A stretch of DNA of 58,008 bases, the filler included, from an uncultured Myxococcia bacterium (GTDB lineage Bacteria; CAZTWC01), in NCBI GenBank assembly GCA_964617105.1. It is 3 parts of 3 records of this genome, joined end to end, with 100 filler letters (N's around TTAATTAATTAA, not from the genome) between each part and the next. Parts side by side here need not be neighbours in the genome. Positions count along the whole stretch, not along the records: positions 38,926 to 58,008 come from CAZTWC010000040.1; 2 more parts are not named here. One strand, 5' to 3'. The notes beneath the pieces are model-generated. The model was given only the letters and a program-made list of their open reading frames with translations, did no database searches and was not told where the DNA came from. Of this stretch, positions 39,375 through 48,661 are shown one piece after another. Both the position numbers and the translations under genes were made by a program. Numbering within the stretch: the stretch's first letter is position 1; each line of letters starts with the position of its first letter.

Positions 39375-41351
39375 AAAGGGTGTTGAAAAGTACCAAATCC
39401 ACTTCGACTAAATTTATCCAAAATGACATTTGTCACCATTTTTTCTATACTCTCCAGCATAATTCTATCAAATTTCACCTGCCGAATTGTTTTTTGCCTG
39501 TTTGATTTTTAAAAATCAGGCCAGTCGTAAAGGACAAGCAATTTTTGAGTTGAATGGCATAGATAAATAGCAAAATCTAATACCTTTTATAAAGCCTTCT
39601 CCCAATGGGTGAATGGTAAGGTAAATACAAAACAAATTAACGATCCATTATCCTGGGGCTAGAGCCGCCAGGCTTTATGCCTACACCCCTCCGGGGTTTA
39701 ATTCATCAGGTGTTCTTTGCAACTATGACGCTAATTTAAATAGTTCCATCTGTTCCATATTTTTCTTTTTCTTCTTTCGGAAACCAGCCATCTCAATCAG
39801 CAAGGTTGCCATATTGCCAACGGCACATTTTACTATCAACGAACCCTGGCTCCGTACTCGAACCTGCTCCAAACCTTCCCGTTTTTTCAACAGGTTAAAA
39901 GGCCTTTCTGAATTCTTGCGAATAGATATCGCCTCATCAGCCAATTTTCCATCTATCGGTATTCGTTGGAAAATACCGCTGTCTAATGGAATTTCACGAT
40001 ATTGATGACAACTTGACGCATAAGTACATTCACCATTTTCAGCATTACATTTATATTCATGCATCATATCTGTGCTGCCCACTCGTTCCATCGGAATCTC
40101 GCAATTTTCGTTGCAATATACACGCAACGGATCCGTTTCCACATTCTCAGGCAATTCGACTTTTGCATCTGGCGGTGTAATTACACGAACATCGGTATCA
40201 TTAAAAAGGGAGCCATCTTTATCATGGTAGGCTTCATCGGCTGTTATCAATTTCATCTCGATTCCCATTTTTTGAGCCAATTTGACCAGAGGCTTTAAGA
40301 AATTACTGTCATGGTGATTGCCAGGTGCCAATAGCGACATCAATGGAAAATTATGGCCTGTTTTGGCATTGATCGCTGTTAAAGTGTGCAGACGATAACC
40401 AACGAAATATGTAGACTTATCACGTTTTTTGCGTCTCGTCCCGCAATCACAGTCCAAATCTGTATAAATCTTGACTATTTTCTTATCCTTGTTTTTGCCT
40501 TTTACTTCAATCGTGCAGATAGGTCGGCAATATTCATTTGCCAATTCGGTGGAATCTACTCCAAAAAGACCATCTTTGGACAATATTCCGCTTTTGAAAA
40601 AATGGTAGAGGATATAAACCAGCACATTGGCAATCTGGCTGAACGCGAGGTTTGAACGAAATTTACACAATTGCGTATGATCTATCATTTTTTTCTTGTG
40701 AACAGGCAAACCCATGAACTCCAAATTTTCTTTTTGATGGAGCCCAAAATAGTCCTTAGTGCAATATTTTCGGTAACCAATCTCCGGATATTTAAGTGAT
40801 TTCAACAATTCAGCCTTGAAAAAATTGCAGGGGAAAAAATCACGCATAGAAGGCGTGTACCCGTCGTATGACAACAGACTGTTTAGTATTTCATTGTCCA
40901 TCATATCATCAATAAATTTCAATTCCTTGTCGGTTATATAAGAACGAGGCCTCTTGTATTTTCGAATAGACATCATCGAACCATTGTAAAAATTTTCAAC
41001 AAAATGCTCCATCTCATTTACATCCATTATACCTTCGGCAAAACATTGATCATCTATGCCCAGCAAGGATTCTACGGGTTCGTCAATCTCTTTTTTGTAA
41101 TCATAATCATCTGTCACCTCGACCATCACTTGATTGCAAAGTTCCTTTTTTTCCTTTTTGGTCATGCGGCTCCAGTTGGGAAATCTCTTTTTGAGTTGTC
41201 TTTTTATCTGTAGTTTGATATTCTTTTCATGCATAGGGAAGCCTCTTTGGAGAAAAGTTATTAACTTTTATAAACACTCCAATTATAGAGGCTTTTCTTA
41301 TTTAAACAATTGATTTTTCACATGAAAACACTATTCTTTTCAACACCCTTT
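39375..41351 (-). mobile_element. Insertion sequence (~1.98 kb, DDE; IS4 superfamily, IS1182/IS5-like) with 16-bp terminal inverted repeats
   Basis: AAAGGGTGTTGAAAAG (39375-90) and its exact reverse complement CTTTTCAACACCCTTT (41336-51) bracket the transposase; no clear target-site duplication, so ends are uncertain by about 3 nt. Confidence 0.85.
39723..41234 (-). CDS. DDE transposase
   Basis: GVDST, GYRLH, ADEAYH, RKNSERPFNLLK; Cys-rich insertion before the catalytic Glu. Confidence 0.88.
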   Translation of the reverse strand: MHEKNIKLQIKRQLKKRFPNWSRMTKKEKKELCNQVMVEVTDDYDYKKEIDEPVESLLGIDDQCFAEGIMDVNEMEHFVENFYNGSMMSIRKYKRPRSYITDKELKFIDDMMDNEILNSLLSYDGYTPSMRDFFPCNFFKAELLKSLKYPEIGYRKYCTKDYFGLHQKENLEFMGLPVHKKKMIDHTQLCKFRSNLAFSQIANVLVYILYHFFKSGILSKDGLFGVDSTELANEYCRPICTIEVKGKNKDKKIVKIYTDLDCDCGTRRKKRDKSTYFVGYRLHTLTAINAKTGHNFPLMSLLAPGNHHDSNFLKPLVKLAQKMGIEMKLITADEAYHDKDGSLFNDTDVRVITPPDAKVELPENVETDPLRVYCNENCEIPMERVGSTDMMHEYKCNAENGECTYASSCHQYREIPLDSGIFQRIPIDGKLADEAISIRKNSERPFNLLKKREGLEQVRVRSQGSLIVKCAVGNMATLLIEMAGFRKKKKKNMEQMELFKLAS

Positions 41352-41473
41352 TTTAATAGATTTTTCTACGGTTATCTGCTAAAATCAGTTCATATTTTAT
41401 CTGTTTTTATCTTATAAAATAATTAGGCCTATCATTAACATCGGCAATTTACTTAAAAACTTAAAAGGAAAAG

Positions 41474-42907
41474 ATGAAAAAAAAGATTTTAGTTGTAGAA
41501 GACATTAATGCTATTAGAAAAAAACTTATCTCTTGCATCGCTGATGATAATGAGAATTATGATGTAAGTGAGGCAGAGAACGGTTTTGCGGCTTTAAATT
41601 TACTTCGGGATGATTATTTTGATTTGATTGTCAGCGATGTGGAGATGCCCAAGATGGATGGCCTCTCTTTGCTGAAAATAGTCAAACAGACTGAAAAAGC
41701 CACTTCGGTAATCATGCTAACCACTTTGCAAGATGAAAAGACTATAAACAAGGTATTTCAATTGGGTGGTGATGACTATATTGTTAAAAATGATATTGAA
41801 AAGCAGATTCCTTTGCTAAGAGCCAAAATAAAAAAAGCCTTGGCCGATGCAGAAGTAAAATTGCTAATTCAGGAGTTGGAGATGCGCAATGAACAGGTGC
41901 TGATCCAAAGAGGCGAGTTGCTTAATTATCACTATCAACTTTCTAAAGACAGAACTACCAATCCTTTTGCCAACTATCATGTGCTGGTATTGGAGGAGAA
42001 GAGAGGGTTGAGAAAATCGATTGTCAGAACTCTGTCTACCACCGGAAGTCATCTCTATACAGCGGCAAGTAAAGAGGAGTTGGGTGAGATCATCGCCAGA
42101 ACACCAGTCAATGTATGTATAATAAATTCTGAGAATCTTTCCTCCCTTAAATATATTAAAGAAAAGTTACCTTCAGCCAAGGTTATGATACTGACTAAGG
42201 GAAGAATAGAGGGCATTTTTGAGCAGATCACTCCATATGCGCATATCAATAATATCGTATCTCTCTCATCAGACAGCAACTATTTTTCATTTAACTCTGA
42301 AATGCTGAATACCTACTATAAAATGATCAACAATTCCGATATTTTTGGATTAGAAAAATATATTCGCTGTTTTTTCCCCCCCATCCAGAAAAAAGTTTAT
42401 GATACCTTTAAAAGGGAGGAGCAAATAACCGAAATTACAGACTATATAAAACAATTGGGAGTGCGGAAAAGGTTTATAAACGCCGCTGCCGAGGTGTTGG
42501 ATGAATTTTTGATGAATGCCATGTATGATGCTCCGGTGGATCAAAATGGAAAAAGTAAATATCATTTCAATAAACGGACTGAGCAGCTGATTTTAGAAGA
42601 GAATGAGGCTCCTTCGGTGAGTTATCTGTGTGATGGCGAAACCCTGGGCGTGGCGGTATCAGATCCTTTTGGCGCTATCACCAGGGACAAAATCGTCAAC
42701 TACCTGGCTAAATGTTTTAGAAAAGATAAAAACCAGATCGACAAGAAAAAAGGTGGCGCGGGGTTGGGTCTTTACAAGATATTCAATGCAGTCAACTGTA
42801 TGGTGGTCAACTTGGAGCCTGGAAAAAGGACTGAGTTTATCGCTATTTTCGATCTAAATGTCAAAACACAGTCTCGGCGGGGCTCATTTCATTTTTTTCA
42901 GACATGA
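41474..42907 (+). CDS. Response regulator: REC, coiled coil, degenerate REC, HATPase-like domain without HisKA
   Basis: ILVVED..SDVEMPKMDG..DYIVK; C-terminal EFLMNA, VSDPFG, GGAGLGL. Confidence 0.75.
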   Translation: MKKKILVVEDINAIRKKLISCIADDNENYDVSEAENGFAALNLLRDDYFDLIVSDVEMPKMDGLSLLKIVKQTEKATSVIMLTTLQDEKTINKVFQLGGDDYIVKNDIEKQIPLLRAKIKKALADAEVKLLIQELEMRNEQVLIQRGELLNYHYQLSKDRTTNPFANYHVLVLEEKRGLRKSIVRTLSTTGSHLYTAASKEELGEIIARTPVNVCIINSENLSSLKYIKEKLPSAKVMILTKGRIEGIFEQITPYAHINNIVSLSSDSNYFSFNSEMLNTYYKMINNSDIFGLEKYIRCFFPPIQKKVYDTFKREEQITEITDYIKQLGVRKRFINAAAEVLDEFLMNAMYDAPVDQNGKSKYHFNKRTEQLILEENEAPSVSYLCDGETLGVAVSDPFGAITRDKIVNYLAKCFRKDKNQIDKKKGGAGLGLYKIFNAVNCMVVNLEPGKRTEFIAIFDLNVKTQSRRGSFHFFQT

Positions 42908-42963
42908 TAGTCACCATAACCAGCAATCCCATCCAAATATAAGTTCAATCCAGGGGAAAGATT

Positions 42964-43725
42964 ATGCTGCTGGCCATCGATATAGGCAACACCAATACCG
43001 TATTTGGCGTATTTAACGGACTCGATTTGCTGGTCAACTGGCGGACTGAGACCGCGGCCGACCGCCAATTGGATGAGTGGGGCATCCAGATCATCTCTAT
43101 AATGAAATATTTTAAACTCTGCCCCGACCAAATTACCGGAATTATTATCTCCAGTGTAGTTCCTACTCTGATGTGGAATTTTAACCGCATGGCCAACCGC
43201 TATTTTAAAATCGATCCGATGATCGTATCTCCGGAGATCAAAACCGATATCAAAATTATGCTGGATAATCCCCAGGAAGTGGGAGCAGATCGTATTGTCA
43301 ATGCCACCGCTGCTTATAACCGCTATAAAAATGCGGTTATTGTGGTCGACTTTGGCACTGCCACCACCTTTGACAGTATCAGTCACCGGGGAGAGTACTG
43401 TGGTGGTGTAATTACCCCGGGCTTTAATATATCCATGGATGCTCTTTTTGGTAATGCTTCAAAATTACCCCGGGTGGAGTTGAAAAAACCAGAGGTAGTG
43501 GTGGGACGAAATACTATTGAAAGTATCCAGTCTGGTCTTATCAACGGTTATGTCTGCATGGTTGACGGTATAGTAAAAAAGATGTGGCAAGAGAGGGGGG
43601 GCAAGTGTCATGTGTTGGCTACCGGCGGACTGGCGTTGATGTTGATAACTGAGTCGGAAACTATTGAAGATGAAGATGAGTTTCTTACTTTGAGAGGATT
43701 ATCCTTGCTATATCAACGTAATTAA
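42964..43725 (+). CDS. coaX: Type III pantothenate kinase
   Basis: IDIGNTN, SSVVP, GADR, DFGTATT, ATGG. Confidence 0.96.
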   Translation: MLLAIDIGNTNTVFGVFNGLDLLVNWRTETAADRQLDEWGIQIISIMKYFKLCPDQITGIIISSVVPTLMWNFNRMANRYFKIDPMIVSPEIKTDIKIMLDNPQEVGADRIVNATAAYNRYKNAVIVVDFGTATTFDSISHRGEYCGGVITPGFNISMDALFGNASKLPRVELKKPEVVVGRNTIESIQSGLINGYVCMVDGIVKKMWQERGGKCHVLATGGLALMLITESETIEDEDEFLTLRGLSLLYQRN

Positions 43726-43735
43726 GCTAAAGGCC

Positions 43736-44113
43736 CTAAGGATTAAACACCTCACCTACTGTGGTCAGCAACTCCTCTTTGCTAAGGGGTTTATTCAGAT
43801 ATTTTTTTGCCCCTACGTTTATCCCTTCGATANNNNNNNNNNCACTCTGGGGGTCTGACTTGGCAGTGAGAAAGATGATGGGTATATTTTTGGTTTCTTC
43901 CCTGTTTTTTAGCGCTTTGGCCAACTTGAAGCCGTCCAGATTGGGCATGGTGATGTCGGTAATAATCAGATCAAATTTGTTTTGATTGGTTTTTAACAGG
44001 GCCTGTAAACCATCGGCTGCATCTTGAACCTCATATTGATTTATGGAGGTCAGGGTGGTTACGATCATTTTACGAACTAGGTTTTCATCTTCAACGACAA
44101 GGATTTTTTTCAT
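43736..44113 (-). CDS. Single-domain response regulator (10-N gap at 43833-43842)
   Basis: ILVVEDE, TDITMPNLDG, IIFLTA, YLNKP. Confidence 0.92.
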   Translation of the reverse strand: MKKILVVEDENLVRKMIVTTLTSINQYEVQDAADGLQALLKTNQNKFDLIITDITMPNLDGFKLAKALKNREETKNIPIIFLTAKSDPQSXXXXIEGINVGAKKYLNKPLSKEELLTTVGEVFNP

Positions 44114-44229
44114 AATATCACCTGCAAATAAACCAACAATAATGTTTAACTATAAAGAATTGACGCCCTTGAGTCAATAAATTATTCAACCCGGGATTGA
44201 AAAAGGCAGACCCTGGTCCGGGAGCCAAA

Positions 44230-44774
44230 GTGAAGTTATTTTTATTTTTTTTGTTTCTATTGCTATCCAATTTTTCGGCCTGGATTTGGAACGGCTGGCT
44301 AAGAACAATTTCCAGATACTGGTTTCTGAGGATAAACCGGTTACTCACCGGCAGGAAGATGGTCAAATGACGCCCCAATACTCTTTTAATTTTGATGAGA
44401 GAAAGAACCGGATAGATTTAAATAGCGCCCAGGCTCTGTTTAAAAGGGGCAAGAGATATTATTTGCAGATTGTGAATTTTGCCGGCCAGGGGGCTTTTTT
44501 TATCCTGAAAACTGACATTATTTTAAAACCCCCACCTTTCACCCCTCATTCTCCAGAGGAGGAGGAATTTGAACACACCTCGGAGAACAACGGCCATCTA
44601 AGTGGTCATCAGCCGGAGTTTTCTGAGAGTGAGATTCTAAGAACCAACCAACCGACAAAATTGAAACCAATTATTGATGAGGATGAATTAGGGCTGAGAG
44701 CACCTTTAAACAATAGCGGGGAAGATACTGAAAATAGCACCGAGCGAGGTGGTTGCAGTTGTTCGGTGCTATAA
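44230..44774 (+). CDS. Hypothetical exported protein ending GGCSCSVL; apparent frameshift in a T8 run at 44245-44252
   Basis: GGGAG RBS and GTG at 44230; one extra T gives [23 protein letters not shown]... continuous with ORF 44286-44774. Confidence 0.55.
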
Positions 44775-44775
44775 C

Positions 44776-46806
44776 ATGGCCGAATTTTCTGAACATAAGT
44801 TTGAACTGATTAGCCCCTGGAACCCTGGAGGTGATCAGCCTCAGGCTATCCAGCAATTGCTGGAAGGGGTAAGAGGCCAGGAGCGTCATCAGGTGCTGCT
44901 GGGCGTAACCGGCAGTGGTAAAACCTTTACCATGGCCAATGTGATTCATCATCTGCAACGTCCCACTTTGGTGCTGGTTCACAACAAGACTCTGGCGGCC
45001 CAACTGTACAGTGAGTTCAAACAACTTTTCCCCAACAATGCGGTAGGTTATTTTGTCAGTTATTATGACTATTACCAGCCCGAAGCCTATTTGCCCGTCA
45101 CTGACACCTATATTGACAAGGATGCTAAGATCAACGATGAGATCGATCGGATGCGTCACTATGCCACTTATGCTTTGCTTACCCGGCCGGACGTTATAAT
45201 CGTATCCAGTGTTTCCTGTATTTATGGCATTGGGGCAGCAGAGTCTTATTACAACATGTTGGTAAAAGTGGCAGTTGGGGATAATCTGGAGAGAAGCGAT
45301 TTTTTAAAGTCCCTGGTGGAAGCCCAGTATGAAAGAAATGATTACGATTTTTATCGGGGCAAGTTCAGGGTGCGGGGGGATGTGGTGGAGATTTTTCCCG
45401 CCTATCAGAACAGTAAGGCCATAAGGGTGGAGTTTTTTGGCGATGAAGTTGATTCCATTAAGGAGTTTGATCCTCTTACCGGCCAGGTAATTTGTGCCCG
45501 GAACCGGGAGGCTATTTTTCCCAACAGCCACTATGTGAGCGACCAAGTAACCAGGCAGGAAGCCATAGAGTCGATACGGCAGGAGTTGACTTTGAGGCTG
45601 CAGGAGTTGGAGAAGCAGGGGAAACTTTTGGAGCGGCAGCGGTTGGAGCAGAGAACCATGTATGATCTGGAGATGATGGAGGAGTTGGGGTTTTGCAGTG
45701 GTATCGAGAACTATTCCCGCCATTTCTCGGGCCGCAACCCGGGTGAACCGCCCCCTACTCTGGTGGACTATTTTCCCGAGGATTTTTTGCTATTTATTGA
45801 TGAGAGTCATGTGACCGTACCCCAGATAGGCGCCATGTATTACGGCGACCGATCCAGGAAGAAAAATCTCATCGATTTTGGCTTTCGCCTTCCCAGCGCT
45901 TTGGACAACCGGCCGCTTAAGTTTGATGAGTTTCAGCAGGTAAAGAGTTATCTGATTTACGTTTCTGCCACCCCGGGTGATTATGAATTGGAAAAGTGTC
46001 AGGGCGTAGTGGTGGAACAGATAGTCAGGCCAACCGGCCTAATAGACCCACAACTGCACATCCAACCAGTGGCCGGCCAGGTGGATGATCTGATGTCAGA
46101 ATTGGTGGCGGAAAGCAAACAAGGTAAACGGGTGCTGGTAACCACCTTGACCAAGAGAATGGCAGAAGATCTTACCGATTACTATTGCGAATTGGGAATT
46201 AGAGCCAAATATCTCCATTCCGATATTGGCACCGTGGAGCGGGTGGAATTGATCAGCGCTCTACGGCGAGGAGAGTTTGATGTGCTGATTGGCATTAATT
46301 TGCTACGGGAGGGCCTGGATATTCCGGAAGTGAGCCTGGTGGCCATATTGGATGCTGACAAAGAGGGTTTTTTACGCTCCGCCCGCTCCCTGGTACAGAC
46401 TTTTGGCCGGGCGGCCAGGAACGTGGACGGCCGGGTGATTCTATACGCCGACCGGATCACTGGTTCTATGCAAAAGGCTATTGATGAAACCGAAAGAAGG
46501 CGCAGTATTCAGGAGCAGTACAACCGGGAGCACCATATTGAGCCTAAGACCATTGTTAAACCTATACGCGATTTAAGCCAGGAGTTTGGCCAAAAGAAGT
46601 CTTCCAGCCCATCACTCCGGGAAAAGCCGACTGATTATGGAAAAAATGCTTACCCCAAAAAAATAGATTTGTCTTCTCTGCCCGCTGCGATTAAAGAGTT
46701 AGAAGATAAAATGTTTGCTGCTGCTGAAAAGTTGGAGTTTGAAGAGGCGGCAAAATTTCGAGATGAAATTTTCCAACTTAAGCAGTTGGAGTTGGAGATT
46801 GGATAG
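44776..46806 (+). CDS. uvrB: Excinuclease ABC subunit B
   Basis: [44 protein letters not shown]-terminal UVR domain. Confidence 0.99.
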   Translation: MAEFSEHKFELISPWNPGGDQPQAIQQLLEGVRGQERHQVLLGVTGSGKTFTMANVIHHLQRPTLVLVHNKTLAAQLYSEFKQLFPNNAVGYFVSYYDYYQPEAYLPVTDTYIDKDAKINDEIDRMRHYATYALLTRPDVIIVSSVSCIYGIGAAESYYNMLVKVAVGDNLERSDFLKSLVEAQYERNDYDFYRGKFRVRGDVVEIFPAYQNSKAIRVEFFGDEVDSIKEFDPLTGQVICARNREAIFPNSHYVSDQVTRQEAIESIRQELTLRLQELEKQGKLLERQRLEQRTMYDLEMMEELGFCSGIENYSRHFSGRNPGEPPPTLVDYFPEDFLLFIDESHVTVPQIGAMYYGDRSRKKNLIDFGFRLPSALDNRPLKFDEFQQVKSYLIYVSATPGDYELEKCQGVVVEQIVRPTGLIDPQLHIQPVAGQVDDLMSELVAESKQGKRVLVTTLTKRMAEDLTDYYCELGIRAKYLHSDIGTVERVELISALRRGEFDVLIGINLLREGLDIPEVSLVAILDADKEGFLRSARSLVQTFGRAARNVDGRVILYADRITGSMQKAIDETERRRSIQEQYNREHHIEPKTIVKPIRDLSQEFGQKKSSSPSLREKPTDYGKNAYPKKIDLSSLPAAIKELEDKMFAAAEKLEFEEAAKFRDEIFQLKQLELEIG

Positions 46807-46819
46807 CAAGTCTTTTACC

Positions 46820-48661
46820 ATGCCAAACCGGCTGGCTCAAATAAATGAACAAATAGGCCGTTTTCCGAATGAGCCGGGTGTATATTTAATGAAGGACCGC
46901 CTAGGGGCCCCCATCTATATAGGTAAGGCTAAAAATTTACGGCAGAGGGTAAAGAGTTATTTCAGAGCCTCTGGCGATAACCGGGCTTTTATCCCCCTGC
47001 TGGAAAAATATCTCTTTCAGATAGATTATATTGTTACTTTAGATGAAAAAGAGGCGCTGCTTCTGGAAAATGACCTCATCAAGGAGCATTGGCCCAAATT
47101 TAATGTCCTACTCAAAGATGACAAAAATTTTATCCGTCTAAAGTTGGATTTGAACCAAACTTGGCCACGTTTTGAGATGGTTAGAACCATAAAGCGGCAG
47201 GTTAATGTTATCTATTTTGGTCCATACTCTTCGGCCCGTTCTATCCGCCAGACCCTGAAAGTGGTCAATCGCTATTTTCAGTTGCGCACCTGCAGCAATA
47301 AAAATTTTAACAGCCCCCGTTCCTGTTTGCAGCACCAGATGAAGCGTTGCTCCGCCCCCTGTCTAGGCCAGGTTGACCGGGAGCAATACCGGCAACAATT
47401 AAAGGGCGCTATCATGTTTTTGCGAGGCCGGGGACAGGAGGTATGTGCCGCAATTGAGCAGGAGATGATGAGCCTGGCTGGACAATTGCGCTTTGAGGAG
47501 GCTGCTCAGTTGAGAGATCGGATCAAAATGATCAAAAACAGCCTTACCGAACAAAAGGTAGATTTTGCCAATATCACCAGGGCCGATGTGCTGGGGTATT
47601 ACCGGGAGGGTTCCTGCGCGGAAATTTGTCTGTTGCAGATTAGAAACCAGCGGATGCTATCCAGCCAGGGACACAGTTTGGAGCAGTTTTTTCAGGATGA
47701 TGGCGAGATGCTGCGTGATTTTATCCTCAATTTTTATTCCCAGAAACAGATGGATGCTAAAATATTGGTTTGCCCTTTTAAGGCGGCGGATCAGGCGGTG
47801 ATAGAGGAGTTACTGGCAGAGAGTTGTTCCTTGCGGGTAGAGGTTAGGGTGCCGTGCCGGGGGGAGTTGCGTAGATTGGTGTTGATGGCCAACCGAAATG
47901 CCCAGAGCAACTTTAGAGAGAAACGCCGCCCCCAGCAGGCTGGCGAGGAAACCGTAAAAGCCCTGATGGGCAGGCTAAAATTGCCCGATTTACCTCAACG
48001 CATAGAGGCTTTTGATATCTCCAATCTGCAGGGTACAAACCCGGTGGCTTCTATGGTGGTTTTCAGCAATGGGCAGCCTGACAAAAAACAGTATAGGCGC
48101 TATCATATCAGAGATATCCAGGGGGCCAACGATTTTGCTATGATTTTTCAGGTGGTGAGCCGGCGTTTACAGCGGGGAAAGAAGGATGGGAATTTGCCCA
48201 ACCTGATGGTTATAGATGGTGGCAAGGGGCAGATGAACGCGGCCCAAAAGGCGATGCAGGAGTTAGGTCTGGATTTACCTCTGGTAGGCCTGGCCAAGCG
48301 GCGGCCAGATAATGAAGATAATCACCCGGATAGGGATAAAAATTTTGACCGTATTTTTCAGCCAGGAGTAAAAAATCCTTTGCTAATCAGATCCAACTCC
48401 CCGGAGTTTTTTCTATTGCAGAGTATCAGGGATGAATCACACCGTTTTGCCATCGACTTTCATCGCCAGACCAGAAAAAAGAGTCGAATCAATTCCCTTT
48501 TGTTGGCCATAGAGGGGATAGGACCAAAGAGGAGCCAGAGACTGCTCAAACACTTTGGGGGTTTGAAGAAAGTAAAACAGGCATCTAGAACTGACCTTCA
48601 GGAGGTTGAGGGGATTTCACCCCGGTTGGCGGAGTTGATCTATAGTCATTGGCGCTTATAG
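46820..48661 (+). CDS. uvrC: Excinuclease ABC subunit C
   Basis: PGVY..YIGKAKNL (GIY-YIG), FDISN, IDGGKGQ, RDESHRFA, helix-hairpin-helix tail. Confidence 0.97.
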   Translation: MPNRLAQINEQIGRFPNEPGVYLMKDRLGAPIYIGKAKNLRQRVKSYFRASGDNRAFIPLLEKYLFQIDYIVTLDEKEALLLENDLIKEHWPKFNVLLKDDKNFIRLKLDLNQTWPRFEMVRTIKRQVNVIYFGPYSSARSIRQTLKVVNRYFQLRTCSNKNFNSPRSCLQHQMKRCSAPCLGQVDREQYRQQLKGAIMFLRGRGQEVCAAIEQEMMSLAGQLRFEEAAQLRDRIKMIKNSLTEQKVDFANITRADVLGYYREGSCAEICLLQIRNQRMLSSQGHSLEQFFQDDGEMLRDFILNFYSQKQMDAKILVCPFKAADQAVIEELLAESCSLRVEVRVPCRGELRRLVLMANRNAQSNFREKRRPQQAGEETVKALMGRLKLPDLPQRIEAFDISNLQGTNPVASMVVFSNGQPDKKQYRRYHIRDIQGANDFAMIFQVVSRRLQRGKKDGNLPNLMVIDGGKGQMNAAQKAMQELGLDLPLVGLAKRRPDNEDNHPDRDKNFDRIFQPGVKNPLLIRSNSPEFFLLQSIRDESHRFAIDFHRQTRKKSRINSLLLAIEGIGPKRSQRLLKHFGGLKKVKQASRTDLQEVEGISPRLAELIYSHWRL

